DNA of 64,000 bases from Gammaproteobacteria bacterium (GCA_015490755.1 WFXF01000077.1:3241-67240); one strand, 5' to 3'. Positions 49,555-60,098 are shown, counted from the stretch's first letter. Translations and numbers: made by a program. Notes: generated by a model from the letters alone, not told the origin.

Positions 49555-51597
49555 TTAATGAGCCAGCAGGTGATATGCATTACGCAAACGTAACAAATTA
49601 TTCTTGATATAAGCTGGGTTTAATCGGCCCTGGTTTTGATAGACATTTTCAGTATTATGGAAAACTGAGGGCACGACAGCGATTTTTGTATCCAATGCAT
49701 TTGATGTTTTGTTAACGCCTCTGGCAATGGAGGTTTGCAAGCCATAAGTCCAGCGATTTGCACCTTTAACTTGCAACATCGAAGGGCGCATATCTTTGCG
49801 TGGAGTTAAGGGGAGACTGACTTTTAAACCGGCTGCGCGTTCATCATTCTCTTTATAAAACAGAGTGATTTTTGTATCACCAAAATAACGTGCAGCTTCT
49901 ATCAATACTGCTCTGTCATCAAACCAGAACTGTCCAAATGATGCTTCCATAAGCACATCTTTAGGTGCATAAAGGTATCGAATGGAACCGACTGCAATTG
50001 ATCGGTTATCTACGGTTTTTTTATGATCATAATATCCAATACGTGTACGAACTCGAAATGGAGTGTTGGCGATATGGGCAATAGTATCGTTGAATAGTGC
50101 CAGATAGTTTTGCTCATACTGGCCAATACTGGTTAATGAAGTTATATTTTTATGCGGTTTGAATGCTTGGTGAAATAAAATATTGCTCAAGCCATTTTGT
50201 ATCTTAAAACGTCCAAATGGCTTGCCTTCATTAAAATCTGAGGTATGGTAGAACTCTTTTTGATAAGCAATATTGAATGTCGCGCCTTTCCATAAAGGCA
50301 AATACCAATCAGCTTGTAGAGCAATAGATGAATCAATGACACCCAGTTCAGTCCCTACAAAAATTGAAGTTTTAGGGTAGAGAAAGAGTTCTGAGCGAAG
50401 CGACTTTTTATTAGGTGTGGAGTGAATGAAATCAATGCCATCGTAATGATATGGAGTCACTGGGTAATTTATTTTTAGTGTGGGATATTTTGTCGATTCG
50501 AGCGCGGTTAAAAACTGTTTGTAATGAGTGACTTGTGTATGGATTTCAAGTATTGCAATTCCATGTTTACGCGATAAAACAGTTAATGAAGTGATGTTAT
50601 CGGGTGCTTTCATTGCGGCAACTCCGAGTGCGATTCCTAAAGCATCCATCTCGTTATGGTTGTAACGATGATTTTCGTATTCAACAAAGAGCTGTTTTTT
50701 TTGATGATTAATGCCAATTCGTACCTTTTCTAAACCAAGGTGGTTCAGTGTTTGGTGTAGATCATTCAGGTTGCTTTGATTGTGGTTTTTCTGAATATTG
50801 CTCAGTTTTCTTTGGGTGTTACTGGCGGTAGAAGGAGTCTTTGACTTCATTTTTTTTGGGGGGGACAATTTTATGGGGGCAGTGTTGTTTGATTGAGTTC
50901 TTCCTGTTAAAGGCATGCTGATTCCAATGCCGTAATAGAAAGAGTTTTGTTTGGATTTGAGTGATTTTTTTGCAGTCAATGAGAGTGCAAAAGGAAGATT
51001 CCAGGAGTCACTGGTAATTCGTATTCCATAATTAGTGTCAACGGTATCGTGTTCTGCAAGCAAATAGACCCCTTTTGTTAATTGATGTTCAATTCCACCA
51101 AATAAACCTTTAAGACGGTTGGAATTAAAACCGTAGCCCGCGCTCATGCGAGTATTGAATAACTGTTTTGTCGCGACAATATATTGGCTGCGTGAGGTAC
51201 GTGCTTCACCTGCAAAATCTTGCGAGCCTATTGCAAGTGATGGCCAAAGTTTATGATTAAAAAATTGCCATTTTATATTTCCAGATAAATCCCGCCTTCC
51301 TTTAAATTTACTCTCTTGGTTAACCAGGCTTACTAAGCGTCCGCCCAACTCAATATTAGGCCAGATACCAATAGAGAAAAGGTAACTGTCTACTGACTGA
51401 GTGTAATCAGGAAAATCATTATCGAAATTATTGGTGTAAAGCAGGTCAATTTTTTTTTCGTGTGTAATAAGTGCATTGGGTGTATTTAACAGGCCGGTAT
51501 AGCCTTGTAGAGAGAGTCTGTCGCTGAAGTTGGAGGTTGCAGCGTTCGTTGTTGCGATTGAAATAGTGAAAAGCAGAAAGTATCTAAATAAAATCAT
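49555..51597 (-). CDS. YjbH/GfcD-family outer-membrane beta-barrel protein
   Basis: QGYTGLLNTPNA, DLSGNIKW, LAIGSQDF.G, GLFGGIE; second C-terminal barrel-like half. Confidence 0.82.
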   Translation of the reverse strand: MILFRYFLLFTISIATTNAATSNFSDRLSLQGYTGLLNTPNALITHEKKIDLLYTNNFDNDFPDYTQSVDSYLFSIGIWPNIELGGRLVSLVNQESKFKGRRDLSGNIKWQFFNHKLWPSLAIGSQDFAGEARTSRSQYIVATKQLFNTRMSAGYGFNSNRLKGLFGGIEHQLTKGVYLLAEHDTVDTNYGIRITSDSWNLPFALSLTAKKSLKSKQNSFYYGIGISMPLTGRTQSNNTAPIKLSPPKKMKSKTPSTASNTQRKLSNIQKNHNQSNLNDLHQTLNHLGLEKVRIGINHQKKQLFVEYENHRYNHNEMDALGIALGVAAMKAPDNITSLTVLSRKHGIAILEIHTQVTHYKQFLTALESTKYPTLKINYPVTPYHYDGIDFIHSTPNKKSLRSELFLYPKTSIFVGTELGVIDSSIALQADWYLPLWKGATFNIAYQKEFYHTSDFNEGKPFGRFKIQNGLSNILFHQAFKPHKNITSLTSIGQYEQNYLALFNDTIAHIANTPFRVRTRIGYYDHKKTVDNRSIAVGSIRYLYAPKDVLMEASFGQFWFDDRAVLIEAARYFGDTKITLFYKENDERAAGLKVSLPLTPRKDMRPSMLQVKGANRWTYGLQTSIARGVNKTSNALDTKIAVVPSVFHNTENVYQNQGRLNPAYIKNNLLRLRNAYHLLAH

Positions 51598-51778
51598 TAA
51601 GCCGTCCTGGCAGTGGGTTCGCTTCTTATAGCGTCATGTGATATTCAGAGTTTGAGTCTATTTGAATGAAACTCTTAAAGTTTTTTCTCTGTGATCCGAA
51701 AATTGAGCCTATGGAAGTTTTTATAGCAAGAACTTTTGTATTGTTATTTAAGTAATTTTTTTATTTGGAGGGAGTCAA

Positions 51779-53413
51779 ATGGGTTCAAAAGATTTATGGA
51801 AGAAGCAATGCCTGGGTGTGGGTGTGGCACTTCTGGTTACTATGGGGGCGGGGTGTTCTTCATCAAATAACGATGACAATGGCACACCGGTGATTCCACC
51901 TGCTGTACCAGGCAGTGAAGAGATCAATATTTCGGGGCGTATTATATTAGGCTCTTCAGCGACTGGGGGCGGTGAAGGTGTCTCTGGTGTGACGGTCAGT
52001 ATTAAAGGGGATCAAAAAAATAATGTTTTTAATGGTTCTGGCCAGCAAGTGAGTCAGTTTACAACGGATGAAACCGGGCTGATCGGATTTCATATGCGCA
52101 ACATAGATTCATCAGACTTTCCAGTTAAATTAAAAGTAGTAGCGAGCCATCCTGATTATGAAAGCAGTGGCACAACTGTTGATGTTACTAAAAATGGTGA
52201 TACTAATTTTAATATTTCACTTGTAGATATGAGTGAGCCGCCAGCAGGTGTTGTGGCGAAGTCAGTTATGGGCTCCTCTTCTGATGATGGAGTTGTCGAA
52301 GCCGACATTACCCTGAACTCCGGTATTGATGACAGCAGTGGTGGAAAAGCCACTATGGTTGTGACTCAAGGTACTGTAATGACCGATGCTGCAGGCAAAC
52401 CTGTGACTGGTGAACTGACCGCAACAACGGTTTACTACAACAATACAGATGAAACTGCATTAGAGACTTTTCCTGGTGGTTTGACGGGTGTGGAGGTGGA
52501 TAACTATTCTGACAACGCTGTCACCTTTATCTCAGGAAGTTTTGCATCATTTTCAATTAAAAATGATGAAGGCGATCAGGTTAAAAATTTTAGTACACCT
52601 GTTACATTTAAAATGCGAGTGCCTAAAGCAACGATCAATCCTACAACTGGTGTTGAGGTTAAGGTAGGTGATTCACTTCCAGTCTGGAGTTATGATCCTG
52701 ATACCGGAGCGTGGCAAAAAGAAGGGGATGATGGCATCGTTCAGGATGATGGTGATGAAAAAACTTACTATGTTGAAGCTTCAATTGACCATCTATCCTA
52801 TTGGAATCTGGACTGGCCTGCACAGACATGTGATTTGTCTGCCCAATGGAATGTACCCGGTGGTGAAGGCCATAACATTCGCTTGAAAGTAATAGGCTCA
52901 GGTTACACCCAGGACACCTTTACTAATGGTGATAGTTTTATAAGGTACTGGAATGCACCACTAAATGTTCCAGTTAAAATTGTGGCGCATCTGAGTGGTA
53001 TAAAAGTGGGTGAGCTGGATAATATTGTAGACTTGTGTGCTGGAGGATCTGTTCCGATCAATATACCTGCTGATCAGGCATTCTCTGATATCACTGTCAC
53101 TGTTAATCAGATGTGTACTGAAGATAACTCTGTGACCACTCCGATTCCTTCTGTTTCTGTCTATTTTGGAGGAGAGCCGATTGGTTCTACGAACTCCAAT
53201 GGTCAAGTTATAGCGCTTAATCGTTTTGTACCTAAAAACAATGTCAAGGTACAGGCGTATAATCGTATTACGAATAAATGGCTCACCCAGCATGTTGATG
53301 TGACACAGGGTAGTAGCGTTACTTTCTCTGTTCCAGTGGCTTGTAATGACGTGACCGGCGGTGGTAGTACAACAGGTGGTGGTGATGTGACCGGTGGCAA
53401 TGGCGCAGGTTAA
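51779..53413 (+). CDS. Surface lipoprotein with carboxypeptidase-regulatory/Ig-like modules
   Basis: Lipobox GAGC; TTDETG, FPGG, VWSYDPDTG.W..EG, HLSYWNLD; VTGG-repeat tail. Confidence 0.75.
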   Translation: MGSKDLWKKQCLGVGVALLVTMGAGCSSSNNDDNGTPVIPPAVPGSEEINISGRIILGSSATGGGEGVSGVTVSIKGDQKNNVFNGSGQQVSQFTTDETGLIGFHMRNIDSSDFPVKLKVVASHPDYESSGTTVDVTKNGDTNFNISLVDMSEPPAGVVAKSVMGSSSDDGVVEADITLNSGIDDSSGGKATMVVTQGTVMTDAAGKPVTGELTATTVYYNNTDETALETFPGGLTGVEVDNYSDNAVTFISGSFASFSIKNDEGDQVKNFSTPVTFKMRVPKATINPTTGVEVKVGDSLPVWSYDPDTGAWQKEGDDGIVQDDGDEKTYYVEASIDHLSYWNLDWPAQTCDLSAQWNVPGGEGHNIRLKVIGSGYTQDTFTNGDSFIRYWNAPLNVPVKIVAHLSGIKVGELDNIVDLCAGGSVPINIPADQAFSDITVTVNQMCTEDNSVTTPIPSVSVYFGGEPIGSTNSNGQVIALNRFVPKNNVKVQAYNRITNKWLTQHVDVTQGSSVTFSVPVACNDVTGGGSTTGGGDVTGGNGAG

Positions 53414-53434
53414 CTGAATCCATTCAAAAGCTGT

Positions 53435-53467
53435 AAAAAAGGGCAATATTAATATTGCCCTTTTTTG
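53435..53467. terminator. Bidirectional intrinsic terminator
   Basis: AAAAAAGGGCAATATTAATATTGCCCTTTTTTT. Confidence 0.85.
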
Positions 53468-53484
53468 TGCTTACTTTTAAAAAT

Positions 53485-55734
53485 TTATTGTGCTGTTATG
53501 GATTGATCGGGTGCTTCTCCAGAGCCTTCAATTATTTCAGCTTCAACGGCCTCAGTTTCAGGGGTTGTGTCTGTTCCTGTATTTACCACCCATGGAGCAA
53601 TTGGTTTGAGCCATTCCTGAATGGTTCCGTTTTGCCAAAGCATTGTTCCACTTCCACCCAATAAAGCAAAAATTACAAGCCAGATTTTCCATGGACGTTT
53701 TTTCTCGGCAAATGGGTCTTTCATTGAACGATTTGCGCCGACAGGCAGCTCAGCAACTTTAGTAAGTGATTTGCCGAATGGAATGTTTAATTTGGCTCGC
53801 GTATTAACGGCCCAGCCATTTGCATCAAGTATGGGAGCAAGATTGCGTTGCCTTAATTTGAGCCATGCAAGAAGCATTGAGGGGCCAGAGATTAATAACA
53901 TGACACCAATAATGGCCAACGGCATTTGCCACCAGACCAATGTCATAAATCCCGATAATAGTGAGGCTAATGCAGCAGCAATTGCGCCAAGAGCCAAACC
54001 AATGGCAGCGAAAATACCGGCAAACTTCCCAATATCAAAAGCTGTTGTCGAAGTTTTGCCTGCACCAGCAACACCGGAGGCCGCTTTCGAATCGATGGCT
54101 TTATCACGCGCAGAAGCCATTTTTTCGATTTGATCACCGATCATTTTAGCGATGCGTTTATACGGTGACCAAAATGCCTGGCGAATACTGATCGGTTGCT
54201 CAATGATTTTTAAAATTGTGGCATCCCAGTCTTTATTGTCACGGTCATAAAAAATACCATTTCTTCCAACCATCAAATGATCAGCATCACCATCAGTAAA
54301 AGCTGCGGCAATGGTTATTTTTTCATCGCTTCCGGGACGTGTGCATTCACAATAAGCGATGTAGGCACGGCTGAGTGAAGCCAGAGTGCTGTGTTTAGTG
54401 ATCTCTTCAACATGAACACAAAGATCGCAACTGCGACCATCAAGGTAGAGTGTTCCTGCCTGAAAAATTGCTTTTTTATCAGGATTGTAAAAATCAGCAA
54501 AAGAGACGTAGTTACGCAGTAGTACATTCAAGTCACGATGATAACGTACCAGTCTGTCAACGGATGCAATTGAATCCAATTCAGGTTTGAGTTCATTATC
54601 CTGTTCGATCAGCTCTGTAATACTTTCCTGAGCATTGCTATCCAAAATTTCACGAACCAGCTCAAGACCCAGAGGCTCAACTTCCTCCCCTTTTTTCTCT
54701 TTTTTCCAAGCTTCATAAGCGGAAAATTTGCTACTGATTGTTCGCCACTCAGTTGGGCTTAAGTGCATTTTTTCGCCGAATAATGGCGTAACTATTTCAC
54801 TTTTTAGTTGAGCGATTGCATCTGCCCAGGCAGGGTTAACACCCTCTTTAAGTGGCAGAGGGCCATCAATTTTAATTCGTGCTAGTGGTAGTGTTGCGAT
54901 CTCTTTCATGGAGGTTTGGAGATCGACTTCAGTGAAAGATTCATACTTTGATAGTGGTGGATTGAGAGGAGCAGTGGCGGTTGCATCAAATTGCGCAAGT
55001 TGACAGCGTGTGAAGTAGTCGTCCACTTTATGTTTTATCTTTTCAAAAGAGGTTGCAGCTGCAGCTGTTTTATCACCAAAAGGCAGTATGTTGGATGCAT
55101 CTCTTTCAGCCATTTCCCACCAATTGGAAAAATTATGAGCAGCCTCAAAAAACGTATCATTCTTTTCTTGTGATATGCCATCTGCGCCACTGATATCTTT
55201 TTCAGCGCCCATGCAATCGATAATATTTTGAATGACCGATTGCAGTGTCTCCTCTTTTGCCGCTTCAACGGGAATAATGCCGTCACCATTGAAATGAGTA
55301 TTTGCAAATATTTTTTCAGTGTTTGAGGTATCTTCAACGGTGATCGACTCTGCATCAGCCTTACCGAGATTGCTTAAAATCTGTTTGGCAGATTCAAAAA
55401 GCTGTTGGCCTTCTTCGGTGTCGGTGTTGATCGCTGATAATGGCAGTTCCCTGGCATTATTGATAAGGTCATCAGGATTATTTAATACCGAAGTGGCCCA
55501 TTGAACTGCTGCAATCACTTCGGGAGCACGGATGTGGCCATCGCCATCGGTGTCGATGAGATCCAGTGTGTTTTCATCAAATTCAATACCACGAGTTGGG
55601 CAACTTAAAGCCGCCCAGAGTTTTTGATCAAGTTGGTCGAGTGATTTAAGATCTTGGCCGTCCAGCAGTTGAACCTGATCAAAGCCACCCAAGCGCAAAA
55701 AGTTCCAGCGGTGTGTGTTAGAAAAGTTACTCAT
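53485..55734 (-). CDS. Conserved-looking hypothetical membrane protein with EF-hand-like motif
   Basis: GGFDQV...LDQKLW.ALSCP N-terminus, DTDGDGHIR EF-hand loop, helical middle, C-terminal TM hairpin plus TM. Confidence 0.8.
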   Translation of the reverse strand: MSNFSNTHRWNFLRLGGFDQVQLLDGQDLKSLDQLDQKLWAALSCPTRGIEFDENTLDLIDTDGDGHIRAPEVIAAVQWATSVLNNPDDLINNARELPLSAINTDTEEGQQLFESAKQILSNLGKADAESITVEDTSNTEKIFANTHFNGDGIIPVEAAKEETLQSVIQNIIDCMGAEKDISGADGISQEKNDTFFEAAHNFSNWWEMAERDASNILPFGDKTAAAATSFEKIKHKVDDYFTRCQLAQFDATATAPLNPPLSKYESFTEVDLQTSMKEIATLPLARIKIDGPLPLKEGVNPAWADAIAQLKSEIVTPLFGEKMHLSPTEWRTISSKFSAYEAWKKEKKGEEVEPLGLELVREILDSNAQESITELIEQDNELKPELDSIASVDRLVRYHRDLNVLLRNYVSFADFYNPDKKAIFQAGTLYLDGRSCDLCVHVEEITKHSTLASLSRAYIAYCECTRPGSDEKITIAAAFTDGDADHLMVGRNGIFYDRDNKDWDATILKIIEQPISIRQAFWSPYKRIAKMIGDQIEKMASARDKAIDSKAASGVAGAGKTSTTAFDIGKFAGIFAAIGLALGAIAAALASLLSGFMTLVWWQMPLAIIGVMLLISGPSMLLAWLKLRQRNLAPILDANGWAVNTRAKLNIPFGKSLTKVAELPVGANRSMKDPFAEKKRPWKIWLVIFALLGGSGTMLWQNGTIQEWLKPIAPWVVNTGTDTTPETEAVEAEIIEGSGEAPDQSITAQ

Positions 55735-55807
55735 AAATACGGACTCCCATTATTTGATATTTCAACTCTATCTCAACGGGTAGTTGAAGAGTAATCAGGA
55801 TTGTTAC

Positions 55808-57430
55808 TTACGGTCTCTTTTGTATTAGATTATTGAGGTTTTCTGTTGTCTGTAAGAGTTCGATTTGATCACTGTCTGTTATTTTTTTGAGCTCATTGAG
55901 TAAGTATTCGTGCTCGGTGTTGATACTATTCCATAGGGTTTTTAGGGAGCTGTTTAGCTCTTCTATGCCTGATCGGATGCCTTTTTGTAATCCGCGCTCA
56001 GCCGCAGAGGCGAGCGAGGGGCGTAGTTTACGTTGCAAGAGCCAGGGAATTAACCAGGCCAGGCCGATGAGCAGCCCACTGTGAACTGCAAAATCAACCC
56101 CTAGAAAAGCGTTGTTTCCTTGAGTGCCGCTGTAAAAGCCAATCACGACGTGATAAATCGCCCATGATGCGGCAGCAAGAGGCAGCAGGCCACTGAGCAA
56201 TCCTGTGAGTTTGTATAAGATTCGTTGCAGCTGTGTGCCCGGTTTAGCCAGGGCGGTGGTAATGTGTTTTTCTATGGCATCGTTAAGTTTCTGGTGCGCT
56301 TCCGCTGTGAAACTGTGCAATTGAGTCTGGAATGGGGTGTCAGGTATGTTCGCCTGGCGCAAATTGTTTTGTAGCTCTATTTTTATATCATTCAGCAAAC
56401 GGTCGCTACGTGTTGTACGCAGAGCATCGGTGAGTGTTTGTATGGATGGTAAAGGCGGTTTGTTCTGTTTGTTGCTGAACAGGCTTTGCTCTGTGGTTTC
56501 CAATAAAAGCGTTTGTTTAACAATACTTGCTTGGATTTTTAATAGCTCTTCCAGTTTGGATAGCTGAGTCTGGGCAGTATTCTGCCACTGTTTTTGATGG
56601 GATTTCCAGTGCTCTTTCGAGCCGATGGCTTTTTGAATCTGAGCCGCATGGTTTTTAAAATCATCCACTCTGGCTTGCTGGCTGATCTGTTGTAATACCT
56701 CTAAACCATGTGTCTGCAAAGCTTGATTAATGGTATTTTCCAGAAGATGAAAGTCATCTTCAGTTTTATTGCCTGAACAGTTTGTACGCAAAATCGTCGG
56801 ACTTTTGAAACCTGAACTTTGTAAACGATGATTGAAATCATCAAGCTGCTCGCTTCTTCCTTCATCCCAATGATTCATGACGAACAGCCAGGCATGGCGA
56901 TGGCCGCGTTGCTGTAAAAAGTTCCAGCCGATATCATCTTGATAGCGTTCAGGGCTGACGACGTATACCAACCAGTCAATATATGGTAACCATGCGAGCA
57001 CTAAATCACGATTTTGGGTGGCGGTGCTATCAATATCTGGCATATCAAGCCATGCAATTAAGCGGCGACTATCATCCTGGTGATAACTGATGTTGATTTG
57101 TTCGGTGGGAAATTCTTCAGGCAGTGGTTTAAGTTGATACTCCTGGTGCAGGTAAAGTGTGACTTCATGAGAAGTGGGGCGTTCTACACCGACTCGTGCA
57201 ATAGCCGCATTGGCCAGGCGGTTCAGCAAGCTGCTTTTACCGACACCTGTGCCACCAAAAAGGGCAACGATTAATGGGCGTTGATGGCTGGTTTCAAATA
57301 ACTGCTCGGCATGTTGCTGTTCAATTTTATCCAGTGCTTGAACCTCTTCTTGATTGATCCATCCTGCTTGTTGCGCTGCAATTGCCCAGGTTTTTAATTT
57401 GTCTAATGGTGGTTGTTTGCCGGGAGTCAT
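55808..57430 (-). CDS. Dynamin-like / TRAFAC GTPase with C-terminal TM hairpin
   Basis: G1 GGTGVGKS, G2 RPT, G3 DMPD, G4 NHWD; helical stalk; two TM segments. Confidence 0.8.
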   Translation of the reverse strand: MTPGKQPPLDKLKTWAIAAQQAGWINQEEVQALDKIEQQHAEQLFETSHQRPLIVALFGGTGVGKSSLLNRLANAAIARVGVERPTSHEVTLYLHQEYQLKPLPEEFPTEQINISYHQDDSRRLIAWLDMPDIDSTATQNRDLVLAWLPYIDWLVYVVSPERYQDDIGWNFLQQRGHRHAWLFVMNHWDEGRSEQLDDFNHRLQSSGFKSPTILRTNCSGNKTEDDFHLLENTINQALQTHGLEVLQQISQQARVDDFKNHAAQIQKAIGSKEHWKSHQKQWQNTAQTQLSKLEELLKIQASIVKQTLLLETTEQSLFSNKQNKPPLPSIQTLTDALRTTRSDRLLNDIKIELQNNLRQANIPDTPFQTQLHSFTAEAHQKLNDAIEKHITTALAKPGTQLQRILYKLTGLLSGLLPLAAASWAIYHVVIGFYSGTQGNNAFLGVDFAVHSGLLIGLAWLIPWLLQRKLRPSLASAAERGLQKGIRSGIEELNSSLKTLWNSINTEHEYLLNELKKITDSDQIELLQTTENLNNLIQKRP

Positions 57431-59181
57431 TTAGTTAATTGCTCCATCGCTTGTTCTGCCTTTTCCAGTTCTTCTGCACTGAATTGATATAAGCCATCAC
57501 TGGGCATACGGGTAGTTAACTCTATAAGTTTGGGTTTGAGTAATTGCTCTATGATGTGGTGCTCTAATGAGACGAGTTGTTTTTGTTTTAACTCTTTTTC
57601 CACGGTCTGCATGTAACTGCCAACGGCGCTTTCTGTGAGAAAAGATGTAAAAGAGAGTACGGCCGGTGCAACAGCAAGATCATAAGCATTAATACCGCCA
57701 CTTTTTACTGCAAATACAACAGCGGCGGCATCTGTGGTAATACGTGTTGCTCGCAGACTGTTGAGTGCAACAGGGTGATCTTGCAGGTAGAGATAGAGCT
57801 TTTCAGCAGCAGCGTCTATTTCAGGTTCAAAAGCCGTTTGGTGATTTTTTATTGCATTGTCAGCGGCATGAATGATGGTTGATTTTTCTTGTTGTAATTG
57901 CTGGGCCAGCGCACGATTCCATTGTGCACTTTGATCCGTGCCGTGGATATGTTCCATTAAGTTGTTTTGCAGTGTTCGTAGTGTGTGCAGTATGGATTCG
58001 TTAATAACAGCCGTTTCATTGTCGGATGTATTATCAGTCGATTTTGACTGGCGTTGTTCTTGCCATAGCGATACCAGCTTTCTGCCAGGCCATGTGACGA
58101 TTTGTCGTGCCGTTGTGAGGGTGTTGGCAATACCAGGGAGCTCAAGCAGAGCCAATAGCTGTACGATCGCTTTTTGCAGTGTTTCGGAGTAGTGTGGATT
58201 TTGCAGATAATCTCGGTTGTAAATTTCCAGAGTGTTATTTGTTGCCAGTTTGATTTCATCTTGCCATGATTTTTTTGCACCCACTTCCTGGCGAACTGGT
58301 GTGAGCCAGCTTTCCCAGTCACGTTGCAGGCTATTTTTTAATAGAGAGGGTGATGAAATCTGTGGTGTGTTTGGCAGGGCATCGTGAGCCTGTTGCCTAA
58401 AGTTTTGACTGGCATTAGAGAGTAGCAGTTTATCTGTTTCTATATATGGCAGCGTGATAATGGCTTCGTAATTGATCTGTGCTTTTTCTAATCGTTTTCT
58501 GACCGATGATGCGAGAATATCAGCTGCATCCTCTGAAGTTTTATTGATGCATATTACGAGTGGTCGATTAATTGGTGCAATTAAATCTAACGTTTGCCAG
58601 ACGCTCTGGTCGGCATATTTTTCTTTACTGACCACTAAAATAATAAGGTCAGCAATGGCGCAAAGCTGTGGCACGGAGGTGCGGTATTCACGCGAACTGA
58701 CCGAGTCAAAGTCCGGTGTATCCCAGATAATGCAAGGTTTGTCTGAAAAAACAGCCGTAGTTTCTATTTGGACTAACGAGTAGCTGTCGAGCTGATGATT
58801 GCTGAGCTGTTTGAGAGGCAAGCATCTCCATTCTGGAAATAGTTGAGCAATGGCTGAACTCAGTGGTTCGGTCACCTGTTCGGTTGTAAAGCCCTGAGCA
58901 TGACGTGTAAAACCGGCCAGCGGATTAGCTACAGCGGCCTGTGTGCTTGCCAAAATATTAACGACTGTACTTTTTCCTGATTGTGTAGGGCCAATCACAG
59001 CCACTTGCAGGGGTAATGATTTCAGTTGTGGGCGTAACAGGCTATGGCGCAGCAGAGCGTTTGCATAGGCGAGTGATTGTATCGATAAGTCTGCCGTACC
59101 TTTGTTTGTGCTGCTTTGCAGTACATGTGAGTGGCGATCTTTCAGCTTGGAAATGAAGTGATAGAGTGTTTCCGTTTGCAT
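57427..59181 (-). CDS. Dynamin-like / TRAFAC GTPase with hydrophobic paddle
   Basis: G1 GPTQSGKS, G2 GFT, G3 DTPD, G4 NKT; helical stalk; 4-bp overlap with its partner. Confidence 0.8.
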   Translation of the reverse strand: MQTETLYHFISKLKDRHSHVLQSSTNKGTADLSIQSLAYANALLRHSLLRPQLKSLPLQVAVIGPTQSGKSTVVNILASTQAAVANPLAGFTRHAQGFTTEQVTEPLSSAIAQLFPEWRCLPLKQLSNHQLDSYSLVQIETTAVFSDKPCIIWDTPDFDSVSSREYRTSVPQLCAIADLIILVVSKEKYADQSVWQTLDLIAPINRPLVICINKTSEDAADILASSVRKRLEKAQINYEAIITLPYIETDKLLLSNASQNFRQQAHDALPNTPQISSPSLLKNSLQRDWESWLTPVRQEVGAKKSWQDEIKLATNNTLEIYNRDYLQNPHYSETLQKAIVQLLALLELPGIANTLTTARQIVTWPGRKLVSLWQEQRQSKSTDNTSDNETAVINESILHTLRTLQNNLMEHIHGTDQSAQWNRALAQQLQQEKSTIIHAADNAIKNHQTAFEPEIDAAAEKLYLYLQDHPVALNSLRATRITTDAAAVVFAVKSGGINAYDLAVAPAVLSFTSFLTESAVGSYMQTVEKELKQKQLVSLEHHIIEQLLKPKLIELTTRMPSDGLYQFSAEELEKAEQAMEQLTK

Positions 59182-59413
59182 GTATTAGAGTATGGCGTAT
59201 GTTGCGATGGTTGTGCAATGTTTTAAAAATCAGGTTCTCATAAGAAGGTATAAGGCGGCAATCAAATTTCAGTTACTTGTGGTAATGGGGTTTTCATCAC
59301 GAAATGAATATTGTATTTGTACGATATTTATCCTGAAGCTGATAGGCATTTCTCTGGCTATAGATTGAGGTAAGAGTCATGACAAATAGATTCTTTCCGG
59401 GTCAAACAGTAGT

Positions 59414-59569
59414 GTAGGTCGGGTTAGCGCAGCGTAACCCGACAAAGTAATTGACGAGAAACATGACACCAATCCAGCAAGCCACAACTCATTCACTACC
59501 CACATCCGCCGCTAACACCACGAACTTCCTTTCCATCATGTCGGGTTACGCTGCGCTAACCCGACCTAC
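59414..59569. repeat. REPIN: two inverted 31-bp GTAG REPs with a spacer
   Basis: GTAGGTCGGGTTAGCGCAGCGTAACCCGACA at 59414-59444 and its reverse complement at 59539-59569. Confidence 0.9.
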
Positions 59570-60098
59570 GTTACTCAACCCTATTAAAACCGAGCTTTCA
59601 ACTGAATTGCCTCTAAAGTTTTCACTTAGAGTCGCTAGCGACTTATTTAAAGGTCAAAACTAAAAAGCCATACTTTAGCCAGGATTTGATTATTAAAAAA
59701 CTACTAAAAATTAAGCCCGATTGCCCTGGGAGTCTTATGCCTAATCATCTACTAATTTAACAATGCCCATAAAATAAACATAGACTAATATCGATATTAA
59801 TGTAGACTTTGCCGTGGAGTCAGATCATGGGCGGTTCGTGTTGTGCGGCAGTTCTTGATTCGGCAACCATAGGGGATGTGTGTTGTGTAGTTCGCAACTG
59901 CAACCCAGGAGAGTGTTATTTTTAAGTTGGTTACGTTGTTTTTTTAAGGTGTTGACCAAATTAAAACTGTTTGAACTTTAATGGTATTGATGATTGCAAA
60001 TGGAGATCATTCAAATTATCGATTTGTTTTAGTGGCTCAATCACAATACTCTCCATTCCACAGAATTTTAAAACAACCACGGCAGGAGTGAACTGACT

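Noticed and set aside
59414-59569. Possible CRISPR array
   Set aside because: Only two inverted copies, with GTAG REP structure, no direct-repeat/spacer periodicity and no cas genes
59451-59663. 70-aa ORF containing MSGYAALTRPT
   Set aside because: Translation of the REP repeat, not a credible gene
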